Notes: generated by a model from the letters alone, not told the origin. A stretch of 53,515 nt of DNA from a virus (IMGVR_UViG_3300036828_000767:1-53515), one strand, 5' to 3'. Shown: positions 34,464 through 43,775, numbered from the stretch's first letter. Numbers and translations: made by a program.

Positions 34464-37400
34464 CTACAGGGTGCTGAGCAGGCGGAATGCGTTGGGCACG
34501 AGCACCCGGCTGTTGTTAAACCAAATCGCGAGAATCCCTCGTTGGCCGACCGGGAACCGGTTGGTCGAGCCGAACAGGTGCGGGATCAGCTCGATGCCCA
34601 TGCCGATCCGGTCCACGATCAGGAACTGGCTGAAGTCGCCCTGGAGCAGGACGAGGGAGCCAGACGAAATCGCCGTGGTCATCGTGGACAGTTCGTACGC
34701 CGGGTAGCCGTTGAACGTCGCCGGAGTACCAGCGGAAGGCCGCACCCACGAGTCGAACGCGGCCGAGGCGAGAGCCTGGAAGAGCTGACGGAACCGGTTG
34801 AAGGTCGTCTTCGACGCCAGGTAGGCGCTCTGCTGACGGAACCGGGGAGCCATCTGGTTTTCCAGGTTGTACAGGTCACCAATCGCCAGGGTCGCCGTAC
34901 CCGCCGTGTTCACCAGCGAAGCGGGGCTGGAGTCATGCAGCGTCTGGATGACACCGTTGGCGTTCGGGGCGGTGCCGTTGCCGAGGGCGAACGAAGTTGC
35001 TTCCTCAACGTCCTTGGCATCCATCAGCAGGTTCGTCATCTGGGACCGCAGCGCGCCCCAGGAGACGTCCAGCTCGATGTTGAACGGCACGAAACCCTGC
35101 ACCCGCGTGGTGCGGACGTTCGGCTGCACCAGCAGCGGGTCACCGGTCGCGGCTTCAGTTCCTTCAGCGACACGGTTGACAACCACACCAGCGGACGTCA
35201 CGCCGTCCCATTCCTTGCCGGTGATCTGCTCCACCCGGGAAATCTGGCGAAGCGGGTTGATGGCCCCATTTGAGGACAAAATCACCGTTGGGTCGAGCTG
35301 GAACGGTACGGCGAAACCGCCTGCGGAGTCCACACCGAGCTGAAGGGCTCGCTGCTCCTCAGTGTTCAGGCCATTCACGCTCAGCGACCCAAGCATCTTG
35401 CCGAACGCCCGGTCGTAAAGCGGCGAACCGGTGACCAGGACACGCCGGGCCAGGGAGCCGCCCTCGTCATCCACCCGGTCAAGCAGGTTCGCGACCGTCT
35501 CCTGGCAGTCCTCGCGGGACTTCGGACCGGAATACCGGACCGCGTCCAGGGCACGCATCGCGTGCTCCCGGTACAGGGTGGGCACCTCGTCGAAGTTGTG
35601 CGCCTTGTGCCGGATCGCCGTCAGGTCGAAAATCTGCTCCGGCTTCATCGGGTTGTAGAACATCGGCCCGGTGCCGAGACGGTCCTTGACATAGGCGGGC
35701 GCGTTCCTGACCGTGGTGCCGTAACCACCCTGGCCCCCGCCGGGAGTGAACCCAACACCGGGGAAACCGATGCCAGCGTTGTCGATGCCCTCCATGGCAC
35801 CCTCGTCGCCGCTCTCAACGATGGTCCGCAGGTACTGGGCGCGAGCCGTGGCGTCCTTAATGGCCCGCTGATGCTCGATCAGTTCCTGCTGAAGGGAAGT
35901 CCACTCGGTTCGGGTGTCGGCCGGAAGTTCGGCACCCATGTTTTCGGTGTCGATCTCTTGCAGCCGGTGCTGGACTTCCATGAGCCGCGCCTGCCGCTGG
36001 TCGATGGACATAAGTCCTTCCATCGTCTCGCTCTCCTTGATAGTGCTCGGGGGTGCCGGGTGCGGCTGCGGCCCTGGCTTAACGGCGGCCCCAGTGCTTG
36101 CGTCTGCGTTACGCGGGACGGCGGCGGCTGGCTTCCTGCCGGAACTGCTAGAACTCTTTGTATCACCCTTTGCCGCCTGAATGGCGCGTTCATGCGCCTC
36201 CAGGTGCGCCCTTGCTGCCGTCGCGTTCATCAAACCCTGAGCGCCGGCAAGGCGGCCGAGTGCATTACTGACACCATGCGCGTTCGGCGGGTCGCCTGGC
36301 TTGTAGTGGTGCGGGAGACCCCACGTGGCTTGCAACTTCGGGTCGCCCTTACGGCGGCCCGCGCAAACCGCGGCGTAAAACTTGGCCGGGTCATTCGACG
36401 CCGAACCCGCAGCCCACACCTTCCCCGCATCCCACGCGGAAGTGTCCACACTGCCATGGCTGTCATCGGCAGGTTCGGCGGCATCAGGTGCGGCACGCCC
36501 TTCCTTGTCCTTCATCGGCTTCCCCGGTACCGGCTTCTTCTGCTTCCCATCGGCCGTCCAATAATCATGGTCGGTGTCGGTGGAAGCCTTCGAGTCGTCG
36601 TCGCCGTCCTTATCGGGGTCAAACTTGCCAGCCTTCGACGCGGCGACACCAGTCGGCGTGCCCATATCGTCGGCGTCCGGCTCAGTTTCCTTCTTCTTCT
36701 TGCCCTTACCAGCGCGGCCTGAAGTACCGGGGTCGTGGTCGTGGTCGTGCAGCGCGTCGCCCTCGTGGTCGTGTTCATGGCCGTGCATTCCGTCGCCGTT
36801 GTCGTCGGGGCCGTCATAAGCGTTGTGGTTGTGGGAATGCGAACCGGTATGGGTGCCATGCGTGGCCACCGTAGTGTCACGCGCCGGTACTGGGCTTGCC
36901 ATGTCATCGGCGGCCGGTGCCGCCGTGGCCCGCTCAGCTTCCACGTCGTCGTCCCTGGCTGAATTGGAAGTCATTCCTGCGGCTCCTGTCACCACCGCCG
37001 GGTACGCCTTATTGTCCGCCTGCGCGGACGCACCAGCGTCTTCGATATGCGCCCGCAGGTGCGCCTTCGCCTTCTGCTTGCTGTCGGTGGGGAACCCTTC
37101 GATGGAATCAGCCTTCAGAAGCGCGTTCCGGGAGGCGATAAGGTTCGCCGCGCCGGGGGTGCCATCGTCGTTGACGTGGTGGTGCGGCAGGTAACCATGC
37201 TCGGGCATGTAGTTGCCGCCGTTTCCCGCACCAGCGGCCTGATCGGCAAGGGCGTACACCGACTGCATGTGGTCCCAGGACGTGGGGAACTTCAACTTGC
37301 CGATTTCGGCCTTGGGGTCGTAGTCGGTCGTGGCCACGTCGGTGTGGTGAACCGGCACACCGGTCCGGCTCTGCCCGTTCAAATTGACGATCTCCATTGC

Positions 37401-38036
37401 CTGCTCAGGCGAGATGCCCATAGCCGCTAGTTCCTTCGCCCGGACCCCCATGATTTCCGCTGTGACAAACGCGGGGATCGGCGTCGGCCCGTACTCGATC
37501 AGGGCGATTTCCTGCCGGGTCACCAACGCCAGGTCGCCGTTGCGGTCAGGCATGTACTGCCCGCGGCCCTTATCCGGCGAAGACTTAACGAATACGCCGG
37601 TGTAGCTCATGCCCCGCAACGACTGAGACTTGATCGCCTCCAGAATCCTGTCGTTCTCCGGGCCTGGGTCGAACCGGGTGACGGTGTACAGTCCCCGCTG
37701 GTCCGGTTTCATCTCCAGCGGCTTGCCGAGTGGCACCGACCACATGTCCGACGGTGTGCCATCGAGGGACTTGGCGTGGTTGTACACGGAGAAAATCTGG
37801 TCGGCGCGGTCGGCGAGGGAACGGTTAAAAGAAGCCGGGTCGTTCTGCTCGTTGTAGTGCCCGTCCTGGTCTACGATCTCCGTCGGCGTGTTAAACACTG
37901 CCGCGTAGGCGATCACGTCACGGCCGGTGCCGCCCTTACGGATGTGGATGTCGTCGAAGACGTGAGCGCGGGTGACGGTGACAGAACGGTCGCCGTCCAG
38001 CGCGCGGCGTACCCGGCGTGCACTGTCAGTGCTCAT
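34464..38036 (-). CDS. HK97-type prohead protease - linker - scaffold(delta) - major capsid fusion
   Basis: Protease YAAVFNT...YNH...GMSY...EYGP; coiled coil; capsid GVDSAGGFAVP, VAEG, FALGNG, GDFSQFLIVDRIG; internal AAGGAG-N9-ATG at 36023. Confidence 0.93.
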   Translation of the reverse strand: MSTDSARRVRRALDGDRSVTVTRAHVFDDIHIRKGGTGRDVIAYAAVFNTPTEIVDQDGHYNEQNDPASFNRSLADRADQIFSVYNHAKSLDGTPSDMWSVPLGKPLEMKPDQRGLYTVTRFDPGPENDRILEAIKSQSLRGMSYTGVFVKSSPDKGRGQYMPDRNGDLALVTRQEIALIEYGPTPIPAFVTAEIMGVRAKELAAMGISPEQAMEIVNLNGQSRTGVPVHHTDVATTDYDPKAEIGKLKFPTSWDHMQSVYALADQAAGAGNGGNYMPEHGYLPHHHVNDDGTPGAANLIASRNALLKADSIEGFPTDSKQKAKAHLRAHIEDAGASAQADNKAYPAVVTGAAGMTSNSARDDDVEAERATAAPAADDMASPVPARDTTVATHGTHTGSHSHNHNAYDGPDDNGDGMHGHEHDHEGDALHDHDHDPGTSGRAGKGKKKKETEPDADDMGTPTGVAASKAGKFDPDKDGDDDSKASTDTDHDYWTADGKQKKPVPGKPMKDKEGRAAPDAAEPADDSHGSVDTSAWDAGKVWAAGSASNDPAKFYAAVCAGRRKGDPKLQATWGLPHHYKPGDPPNAHGVSNALGRLAGAQGLMNATAARAHLEAHERAIQAAKGDTKSSSSSGRKPAAAVPRNADASTGAAVKPGPQPHPAPPSTIKESETMEGLMSIDQRQARLMEVQHRLQEIDTENMGAELPADTRTEWTSLQQELIEHQRAIKDATARAQYLRTIVESGDEGAMEGIDNAGIGFPGVGFTPGGGQGGYGTTVRNAPAYVKDRLGTGPMFYNPMKPEQIFDLTAIRHKAHNFDEVPTLYREHAMRALDAVRYSGPKSREDCQETVANLLDRVDDEGGSLARRVLVTGSPLYDRAFGKMLGSLSVNGLNTEEQRALQLGVDSAGGFAVPFQLDPTVILSSNGAINPLRQISRVEQITGKEWDGVTSAGVVVNRVAEGTEAATGDPLLVQPNVRTTRVQGFVPFNIELDVSWGALRSQMTNLLMDAKDVEEATSFALGNGTAPNANGVIQTLHDSSPASLVNTAGTATLAIGDLYNLENQMAPRFRQQSAYLASKTTFNRFRQLFQALASAAFDSWVRPSAGTPATFNGYPAYELSTMTTAISSGSLVLLQGDFSQFLIVDRIGMGIELIPHLFGSTNRFPVGQRGILAIWFNNSRVLVPNAFRLLSTL

Positions 38037-39792
38037 CCGGCCCTCCGATGGCCCGCCTGTTTCCGTTAGAGCTAACCGTAACTGGTATATGGCGTTTTTG
38101 CTTTATCACCACGGGGTCCGAGTTCGTATCGGCGGGATGTGCGGCTTCGAGCTTCACCAGCTCTTCGCCTTCGGCCGGATAGTGCTTACGAAGGTGGTTA
38201 GCGAGCCGTTGCGCATGATCCGCCGCTGATTCCAGGTGATTGCCAAGATGGTCCTGGTTGAACTCAATGTTGTCAGGCGTATTTGAATCCCGCAGATGAC
38301 CAAGGTGCCTGCGGGCGTGCGCCAGGTCATGCGACACCGTTTCCAGCAGATGCGCCGTGGAAATCTCCACATGGTCCGAACCGCCGGGCTTCACCTTCCC
38401 GCGGCTCACCTCCACCAGGTCAACCACCGGCCTCGACTTCGCCAGCTTCGGCAAGCCAGGCTGCTGCGGCTCCGACGGCGCCGCCATGCCCGGGGGCTGC
38501 AACTGCACCGACAGCAAGCCGGTGTGCTTCAGCAAGCTCATGTCATTGTTCGCGACAGCCTGAATCACCGAATCGGGTTCGAAGCCTTCCCGCACCAGGG
38601 TGGTGATCGTGGATGCTTGCGACTGCGCCACCGCGGCGATGTCCTGCGCGTCTTCCCGCATGAACGGCACCCGCGCGTCGAACCACAGGTTCGCCCCCGG
38701 CGGCACCTGCATGACCGATTCCAGCGCCGCACACGCGGACATCCACAGGTGGTACATGGTGCCGTCAGAAAAACGCCTGCGGGCGGAGTTGAAGTTCCCC
38801 GCGTTCAGCGACGATCCCTGAAGTCCCTCGGAGAAGCCCACCCAGGACGGCGGGACACCCGCCGCAGCAGCCAGCCGGGATTCGCCTTTCCCCTGCGTTG
38901 CGGCGAAATCAAGCTGCTGGAAGTCCTTGCCGACCGTGACCGGGTCCGCGCCGCCACCAAGGTAGAGAGTCTTGTACGCATTGAACGCGCCCTTGTGCTC
39001 CTCTTCCATCAGGGCCTTGAACTTCGTCACCATGTCAATGGGGATGGTGGGGTCAAACTTGATCGCCAGGTTCGGCGTCGCGGCGTTCTGGAAAAACCTG
39101 GCCTTGTGCTCCACCGCCAGCGAGTCCGCCTGCACTTCGCGGATACACGAAGTAAGCCACGACATGCCGAGGAACTGGAAGTTCGGGTCCGGCTGCGACG
39201 CGTAATGCGCCACCTCTTCCGGGAGGAAAAACTTCGCCCTGCCCGACCGCGGCCAGTACGCGTACCCGGCGACTTCGACGTCTTCGGCGTCCATCGGGAA
39301 ATCGGCGTCGAGCTGAGACCCGAGGATGATCGTCACTAGGTCAGGGCGGAGCCTGGCCAGCCGGTCGCCACGGGGCCGGACGATGTAAGCGTTCCCGGCG
39401 ATGGAATTGTCAATTTCCATCCGTGCCAGCAGGTTCGAAGTGAGACCGCCTGGCCACGGGTGCTCCAGCACCGACAGGTCGGGGGAGCCGAACAGGTCAC
39501 CAGGGTCGGAGCCCTTGAACCTGGTCCACTGGAACCTGATCTGGGAGAAAGCCTGCATCCTGGCCTGGACCAGGGCGAACACTGCGGTGTTGCCGTGATG
39601 GGCGGCGATGGTGGAGCCAACAATGCGCTCCTCCTTGACGTTGCCCATCGTGGTCTGGATGAGCGGGTACGTCAGGCCGCCGAACTCGAAAAGGGCGGAC
39701 CATTCGTCGATGTTCAGGGACATGTCACGCTGCGACGGCGCGGGAGAGTTCCGCTTAGCCACCGCGGCGTTGACGCGTTCCAGAACGCCCAT
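38026..39792 (-). CDS. Portal protein (HK97 family) with His-rich C-terminal extension
   Basis: LEHPWPG, GNAYI, LRPDLV, EEVAHY, GMSWL, FFQNAATP, FGVPP-like AGVPPSWVG. Confidence 0.92.
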   Translation of the reverse strand: MGVLERVNAAVAKRNSPAPSQRDMSLNIDEWSALFEFGGLTYPLIQTTMGNVKEERIVGSTIAAHHGNTAVFALVQARMQAFSQIRFQWTRFKGSDPGDLFGSPDLSVLEHPWPGGLTSNLLARMEIDNSIAGNAYIVRPRGDRLARLRPDLVTIILGSQLDADFPMDAEDVEVAGYAYWPRSGRAKFFLPEEVAHYASQPDPNFQFLGMSWLTSCIREVQADSLAVEHKARFFQNAATPNLAIKFDPTIPIDMVTKFKALMEEEHKGAFNAYKTLYLGGGADPVTVGKDFQQLDFAATQGKGESRLAAAAGVPPSWVGFSEGLQGSSLNAGNFNSARRRFSDGTMYHLWMSACAALESVMQVPPGANLWFDARVPFMREDAQDIAAVAQSQASTITTLVREGFEPDSVIQAVANNDMSLLKHTGLLSVQLQPPGMAAPSEPQQPGLPKLAKSRPVVDLVEVSRGKVKPGGSDHVEISTAHLLETVSHDLAHARRHLGHLRDSNTPDNIEFNQDHLGNHLESAADHAQRLANHLRKHYPAEGEELVKLEAAHPADTNSDPVVIKQKRHIPVTVSSNGNRRAIGGPDEH

Positions 39793-39798
39793 TACGGG

Positions 39799-40062
39799 TT
39801 ACCCTCCGGTGTTACGTGCAGCCTTCATTTCGCGCAGCGTCTTGGTGTCGGCGCGTGCGGCGCTCCACCCCTCAGCGAACGCCAGCGCCGTCCACACGGC
39901 AGCGAACCACACCACGGTGAACATTTTCGCGACCGCCCAGCCCATGACGAAAAGTGTCACAGCGAACAACCGGGCCACGGTTTCGATGAAACTGACTTCA
40001 CGGGCACGGGCGGTGACGTCTTCGTAGTCCACCCGTTCCAAAAAGGTTGTCATTGAGGCCAT
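39799..40062 (-). CDS. Small membrane protein upstream of portal
   Basis: Hydrophobic LFAVTLFVMGWAVAKMFTVVWFAAVWTALAF; TACGAT-N6-ATG. Confidence 0.7.
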   Translation of the reverse strand: MASMTTFLERVDYEDVTARAREVSFIETVARLFAVTLFVMGWAVAKMFTVVWFAAVWTALAFAEGWSAARADTKTLREMKAARNTGG

Positions 40063-40070
40063 GACAGCAT

Positions 40071-40110
40071 CGTAGCCGCGGCGAGCAGGCAAAGCCTCGT
40101 CGCGGCTACG
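40071..40110. promoter_or_regulatory. Hairpin overlapping the -10 of the portal/capsid transcript
   Basis: CGTAGCCGCG/CGCGGCTACG stem; minus-strand TACGAT at 40069-40074 overlaps one arm. Confidence 0.5.
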
Positions 40111-40173
40111 TTTGCCAGGCTAATTCGCCGGCGTCGCAGCGGCGCACTTCCCGGCAGTTACGGCGCCGCATGA

Positions 40174-40383
40174 CTAGCAGGCGACGCCGGTGTGCTTCAT
40201 CTCGTCGTAGCTGTTCATGTGCGCCCCGCCGGTCGGCGGATTGCTCGACATCTTGTCGTAGCTGACACCAGATACGGTGCCGGCGCCAGCCTCCCGGGAC
40301 GCCTGCTGCGCAAGCCATGCGGCGTCGCCGTTCGGGTCACCATGCGGGCCGATCTGTCCCAGCTCACCCATAGGGTCCGGCAT
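40174..40383 (-). CDS. Hypothetical protein (69 aa)
   Basis: AGGAGG RBS, collinear with late operon. Confidence 0.55.
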   Translation of the reverse strand: MPDPMGELGQIGPHGDPNGDAAWLAQQASREAGAGTVSGVSYDKMSSNPPTGGAHMNSYDEMKHTGVAC

Positions 40384-40417
40384 TTTGTCCTCCTGGTCAG
40401 CGGAGCGTCATCAGGGC

Positions 40418-40582
40418 TTAGCCTACGCGCATCGAATCGCCGTAGCGGTAACGGCCACGCAGCTTGTTTGCCATCTGCCGGTAAGCGTCTGCTTCGGCGG
40501 GTGTCGCCGCGGGGTCATTCGCCTTCGTCAGGAGTTTCCGAATCCTGATCGCCTTCAGGATGTCCGCCCGTGTCAGGACCAT
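40418..40582 (-). CDS. DUF2786-like small protein overlapping terL 3' end
   Basis: MVLTRADILKAIRIRKLLTKANDPAATPAEADAYRQMANKLRGRY; GAGGG RBS; not in ORF track. Confidence 0.65.
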   Translation of the reverse strand: MVLTRADILKAIRIRKLLTKANDPAATPAEADAYRQMANKLRGRYRYGDSMRVG

Positions 40583-42140
40583 CGCTGCCCTCAATCAGGA
40601 AAAACGGCTGCGGCGGCTTCTTGTCGCCGAAGGTGACCAGTCCATGCAACGCCAGGGTAACGCTTACCAAGGGTGTGATGTCGTATCCCGGTGCCGCGTC
40701 CCACGCCCACGCCTGCGCAACCGGCCGGGACCGCGCACCCTCCACCGCACTGTTCAACGGCACCTGCGACGGGTGCCCCAGTTCCTGATTCGTCACCATG
40801 TTGGTGAAATCGCCGCACGACTGTGCATACGCGCGGCTGGTCGTCAAAACCAGGCGGTGCTTCCCGAACGGGGTCGGCTTGTCGTCGGCAAGCGTGATGA
40901 AGCCGCGGTTCCGCAGGTGCTGCTCAAACGCGCCAGCAGGACCCGACGGGTTCAGCACCACCGCCACCGGGTTCCGCCGCTCGGTGATACCCATGAGACG
41001 GTCCAGCACCCAGCCGGTGCCAGGCAGGTGCTCGACCAGTTCCACGTGCGGCTTGCCGTCGTCCCGCCACGTCGCGATGCCGATAGCCGACACCGCACTG
41101 TCCGGCGAGATGTCCACCCCGACCGCCACAACCGGTGCCATACCCGGCCGCGAGCCGCCAAGCTGGCGCCACAGTTGCGGCGACAACGGCGCAGCGCCTT
41201 CTTCGCCTTGGTCCCACCAGCCCATCCGTTCCCGGCAGAACTCCGACACCGGAAGCGCACGCCGTTCCGCAGCGATGTACTCAAACGACAACCCGGTGCC
41301 ATTCGCTCGCCGCTTCCCCAGTGCAGGGTTCGCCATCGCCCAGAAGTCCGGCTTGTCGCAACCGCAGCCGACAGCGGTTTTCACATGGGTGCAACGGTCA
41401 CCTGCGTCACATGCCATCACCGGGTCTGGCGCGCACCATTCAAGCCATGCCAGGGAAGGCTCACCGCCGGCGCGGCCACGGTCGCGGACTTCCCGCAGTA
41501 CCTCCGATTCGACCATCCCAGCCGACGAGCCATAGAACACTTGCGGGTCGGGCTGTGCGGACATCGTCGGCAAGAGCGCACCGAGGTGAGGGGCCTTCAG
41601 GAACATGCCTTCGTCGAGCACGACCTTGTTGCCGGACAGGCCACGGCCGCCGCCCTTGGTCCTGGTGCGGAAAATGGCCCTGGCGCCGGATTTAAGCTCA
41701 ATGGCTTCTTCGCCGTGGTTGCGGACGACCTTTTTGACCTCGCGGCGGAGCAAATCGGAGTTCGTTACCAGGTCCACCATCAGGCGGAACACTTCCATTG
41801 CGGTGCCGAACTCGTGAGCCGAGTAAACGACCAGTCTGGTGTCGAAAATGTACAGCCAGCCATTGATTGCCATGATTTCCAGGGCCGTTTTGATGTTTTG
41901 CCGACCGCAAACGACGCCTATTTCGAATGCCGCGGACCTGCCGTTCTCCTTTTTAGCAAAAATGGCGTCTAGTGCGAGTCGCTGTTCCGGGTCTGGTTCA
42001 AAACCGGCAGCAGTATTCAAATCGGCGACCTCGTCGCCGAAGGTTTTATACACCGGCGGTACCCAAAGGTACGTCGGCTTTACGAGCCCCTGCATGCCGT
42101 AAGCGTACCTAGCCCGCCCAAGGCTCCAAGCTGTGTACAC
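40515..42140 (-). CDS. terL: Terminase large subunit
   Basis: Walker A-like GRQNIKT, YSAHEF, RTRTKGGGRGLSG, VVLDEG (Walker B), ANPALG, VGVDIS nuclease, DITPLVSVTLA; start uncertain. Confidence 0.93.
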   Translation of the reverse strand: MYTAWSLGRARYAYGMQGLVKPTYLWVPPVYKTFGDEVADLNTAAGFEPDPEQRLALDAIFAKKENGRSAAFEIGVVCGRQNIKTALEIMAINGWLYIFDTRLVVYSAHEFGTAMEVFRLMVDLVTNSDLLRREVKKVVRNHGEEAIELKSGARAIFRTRTKGGGRGLSGNKVVLDEGMFLKAPHLGALLPTMSAQPDPQVFYGSSAGMVESEVLREVRDRGRAGGEPSLAWLEWCAPDPVMACDAGDRCTHVKTAVGCGCDKPDFWAMANPALGKRRANGTGLSFEYIAAERRALPVSEFCRERMGWWDQGEEGAAPLSPQLWRQLGGSRPGMAPVVAVGVDISPDSAVSAIGIATWRDDGKPHVELVEHLPGTGWVLDRLMGITERRNPVAVVLNPSGPAGAFEQHLRNRGFITLADDKPTPFGKHRLVLTTSRAYAQSCGDFTNMVTNQELGHPSQVPLNSAVEGARSRPVAQAWAWDAAPGYDITPLVSVTLALHGLVTFGDKKPPQPFFLIEGSDGPDTGGHPEGDQDSETPDEGE

Positions 42141-42158
42141 AGCTTGTCACAACGTGAC
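42128..42158. promoter_or_regulatory. Perfect 18-bp palindrome plus adjacent inverted repeat
   Basis: AAGCTGTGTACACAGCTT (42128-45) followed by GTCAC-AAC-GTGAC (42146-58). Confidence 0.6.
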
Positions 42159-42209
42159 TACGCGGTGTTAAATGCCGGCAGTAGACGTTCCCGCCACCCG
42201 GAGGTTCCC

Positions 42210-42320
42210 ATGACTAGGCGTTTCATCATCGTCGTGACCACCACAGTCCTCACCGCCGCTGCCATGATCGCCAACGCCGCGGTGGCGCTCGCCGACCCGC
42301 TGATGCACTACCACGGGTAG
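42210..42320 (+). CDS. Putative secreted peptide precursor (36 aa)
   Basis: GGAGG RBS; MTRRFIIVVTTTVLTAAAMIANAAVALA/DPLMHYHG: basic n-region, hydrophobic h-region, A-x-A site; not in ORF track. Confidence 0.7.
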   Translation: MTRRFIIVVTTTVLTAAAMIANAAVALADPLMHYHG

Positions 42321-42323
42321 CGT

Positions 42324-42815
42324 TTATTCGCCCATACTGCGCAGCTTGCGGTCCCGGGCGGCGCGCAGCTCGTCGAGCTTGTTCGGCGGCTCGGTCGGCT
42401 CGGTGCCGAACTTCGCGTCCAGGCCAACCAGGCTGGCCCGGCGTTCACCGACCCGCAGGAGGGTCTGCGACGCTTTGATGGCCAGGCCGGGGTCGCCGCC
42501 CCGGCCGCAGGCGTTGCACCGGCCGCCCTGAGAACCTCGCAGCACGGTTTCCATGATGCGCTGGACCGCGTCGAGGCGTTCCACTTCCAGGGCGATTTGC
42601 ATGGCGCGTTCGCCGTCGCCGGATTCGCGGCGTTCGGTGATCGCGGCGCGGATGTCGCCGGTGATTTGGGAAGCCGCACGGGGTGGGTCGCCGGTTTCTT
42701 CGGCTTCTTGCCGTGCGATCTGCGCGGGGGATAGTCCTGCGGCGCGCAAGGAAAGGACGCGTGCCCTGCGCCGGGAGAGTTCTTCCTCGGTGGGCTTTGG
42801 TTTCCGTGTTGCCAT
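42324..42815 (-). CDS. terS: Terminase small subunit
   Basis: HTH RRRARVLSLRAAGLSPAQIA; LEVERLD; LVGLDA; KLDELRAARDRK; AAGGAGG RBS; upstream of terL. Confidence 0.75.
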   Translation of the reverse strand: MATRKPKPTEEELSRRRARVLSLRAAGLSPAQIARQEAEETGDPPRAASQITGDIRAAITERRESGDGERAMQIALEVERLDAVQRIMETVLRGSQGGRCNACGRGGDPGLAIKASQTLLRVGERRASLVGLDAKFGTEPTEPPNKLDELRAARDRKLRSMGE

Positions 42816-42914
42816 GGTGCCTCCTTCCATGCGGCATATGCAGTGTATGCTGGTGGTATGGTGTGGTATACTTGACTTAGGGAATGAACCAGACCACGCC
42901 CCAAGGAAACCACC

Positions 42915-43208
42915 ATGCTCAGCCCCGAGGACTACCAGCTTTCCATGCGGGTCAGCGCCCGTGCCAAGACCGACACCCCCGACCTGCGGACTCTGCTCGT
43001 CCACCGGCTCCGCCACGCCCCTAAAGCGGTGCTGCGACTATCCAACTCACGTGACATCGCCACCGCGGACATGGAGCATTACGGTGCGTTCTGCGAACCA
43101 TGCGGCCGGTGGGTCAGGCGCCCGGACTGGGCTGACGACTGGGAGTGTCCCTACTGCGGCATCAAATACCGGATCGAGTTCGCGGTGTTCTCCGCCGTGC
43201 ACCCATGA
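42915..43208 (+). CDS. Zn-ribbon hypothetical protein
   Basis: CEPC...CPYC; AAGGA RBS; TATACT upstream at 42867. Confidence 0.65.
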   Translation: MLSPEDYQLSMRVSARAKTDTPDLRTLLVHRLRHAPKAVLRLSNSRDIATADMEHYGAFCEPCGRWVRRPDWADDWECPYCGIKYRIEFAVFSAVHP

Positions 43209-43220
43209 AAGGAGAAACCT

Positions 43221-43775
43221 ATGCCTGAAGACATCAGGACCGCACTGCTGCGCGCCGCCGAGGAAGCCCTCGCAGCGCTTGCCAAGGCTGCGGCAGGTAA
43301 TAGCAACGACGCCGAGATTGAAGCGGGAGTGGATTGCGCCGACGCCCTGATGCGGCTCTGCGAATACGTCGTAACACTCCCCGCCGTTTCCTACAGCGAG
43401 GACGCCGTGTCCCAGGCGCTGAACTGGGCAGCAGACACGGCCCAGGAAATAACCAATCCAGAAGGCGGCGAGTCCAGCGGGTCCATCGAAACCGACGACG
43501 CCATCAACCTCGTAGTAAACCTCACCAGTGAACGCCTCAGGGGCGCCGGCAGCGCAGCGGAAGCGATCGGGTCTGCGTACAGCGAGGATATCCAGCCGTG
43601 GCACGGCTGGAAGGTCGAAGGCTGGCCCGAAGGCGAAGAATGCGCCACCTGCGGCGACGACATCCACCAGGATGACAACGGTGCCTGGCACCACGGCCCC
43701 TCAGCAGAAAACGCCGACCCTGGTCTCGACAGCACCCACACACCCGAGCCTTACGTGGAGGACGTCGGTGACTGA
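43221..43775 (+). CDS. Acidic hypothetical protein
   Basis: 184 aa, AAGGAG RBS. Confidence 0.65.
   Translation: MPEDIRTALLRAAEEALAALAKAAAGNSNDAEIEAGVDCADALMRLCEYVVTLPAVSYSEDAVSQALNWAADTAQEITNPEGGESSGSIETDDAINLVVNLTSERLRGAGSAAEAIGSAYSEDIQPWHGWKVEGWPEGEECATCGDDIHQDDNGAWHHGPSAENADPGLDSTHTPEPYVEDVGD

Noticed and set aside
41893-41913. Terminase Walker A reads GRQNIKT, not GxxGKT: inactivation?
   Set aside because: I recall RQN[L/I]KT variants in actinobacterial terminases, and Walker B and nuclease motifs are intact.
42308-42916. 202-aa minus ORF as terS
   Set aside because: Wrong frame; 42324-42815 has the RBS, HTH and typical C-terminus.
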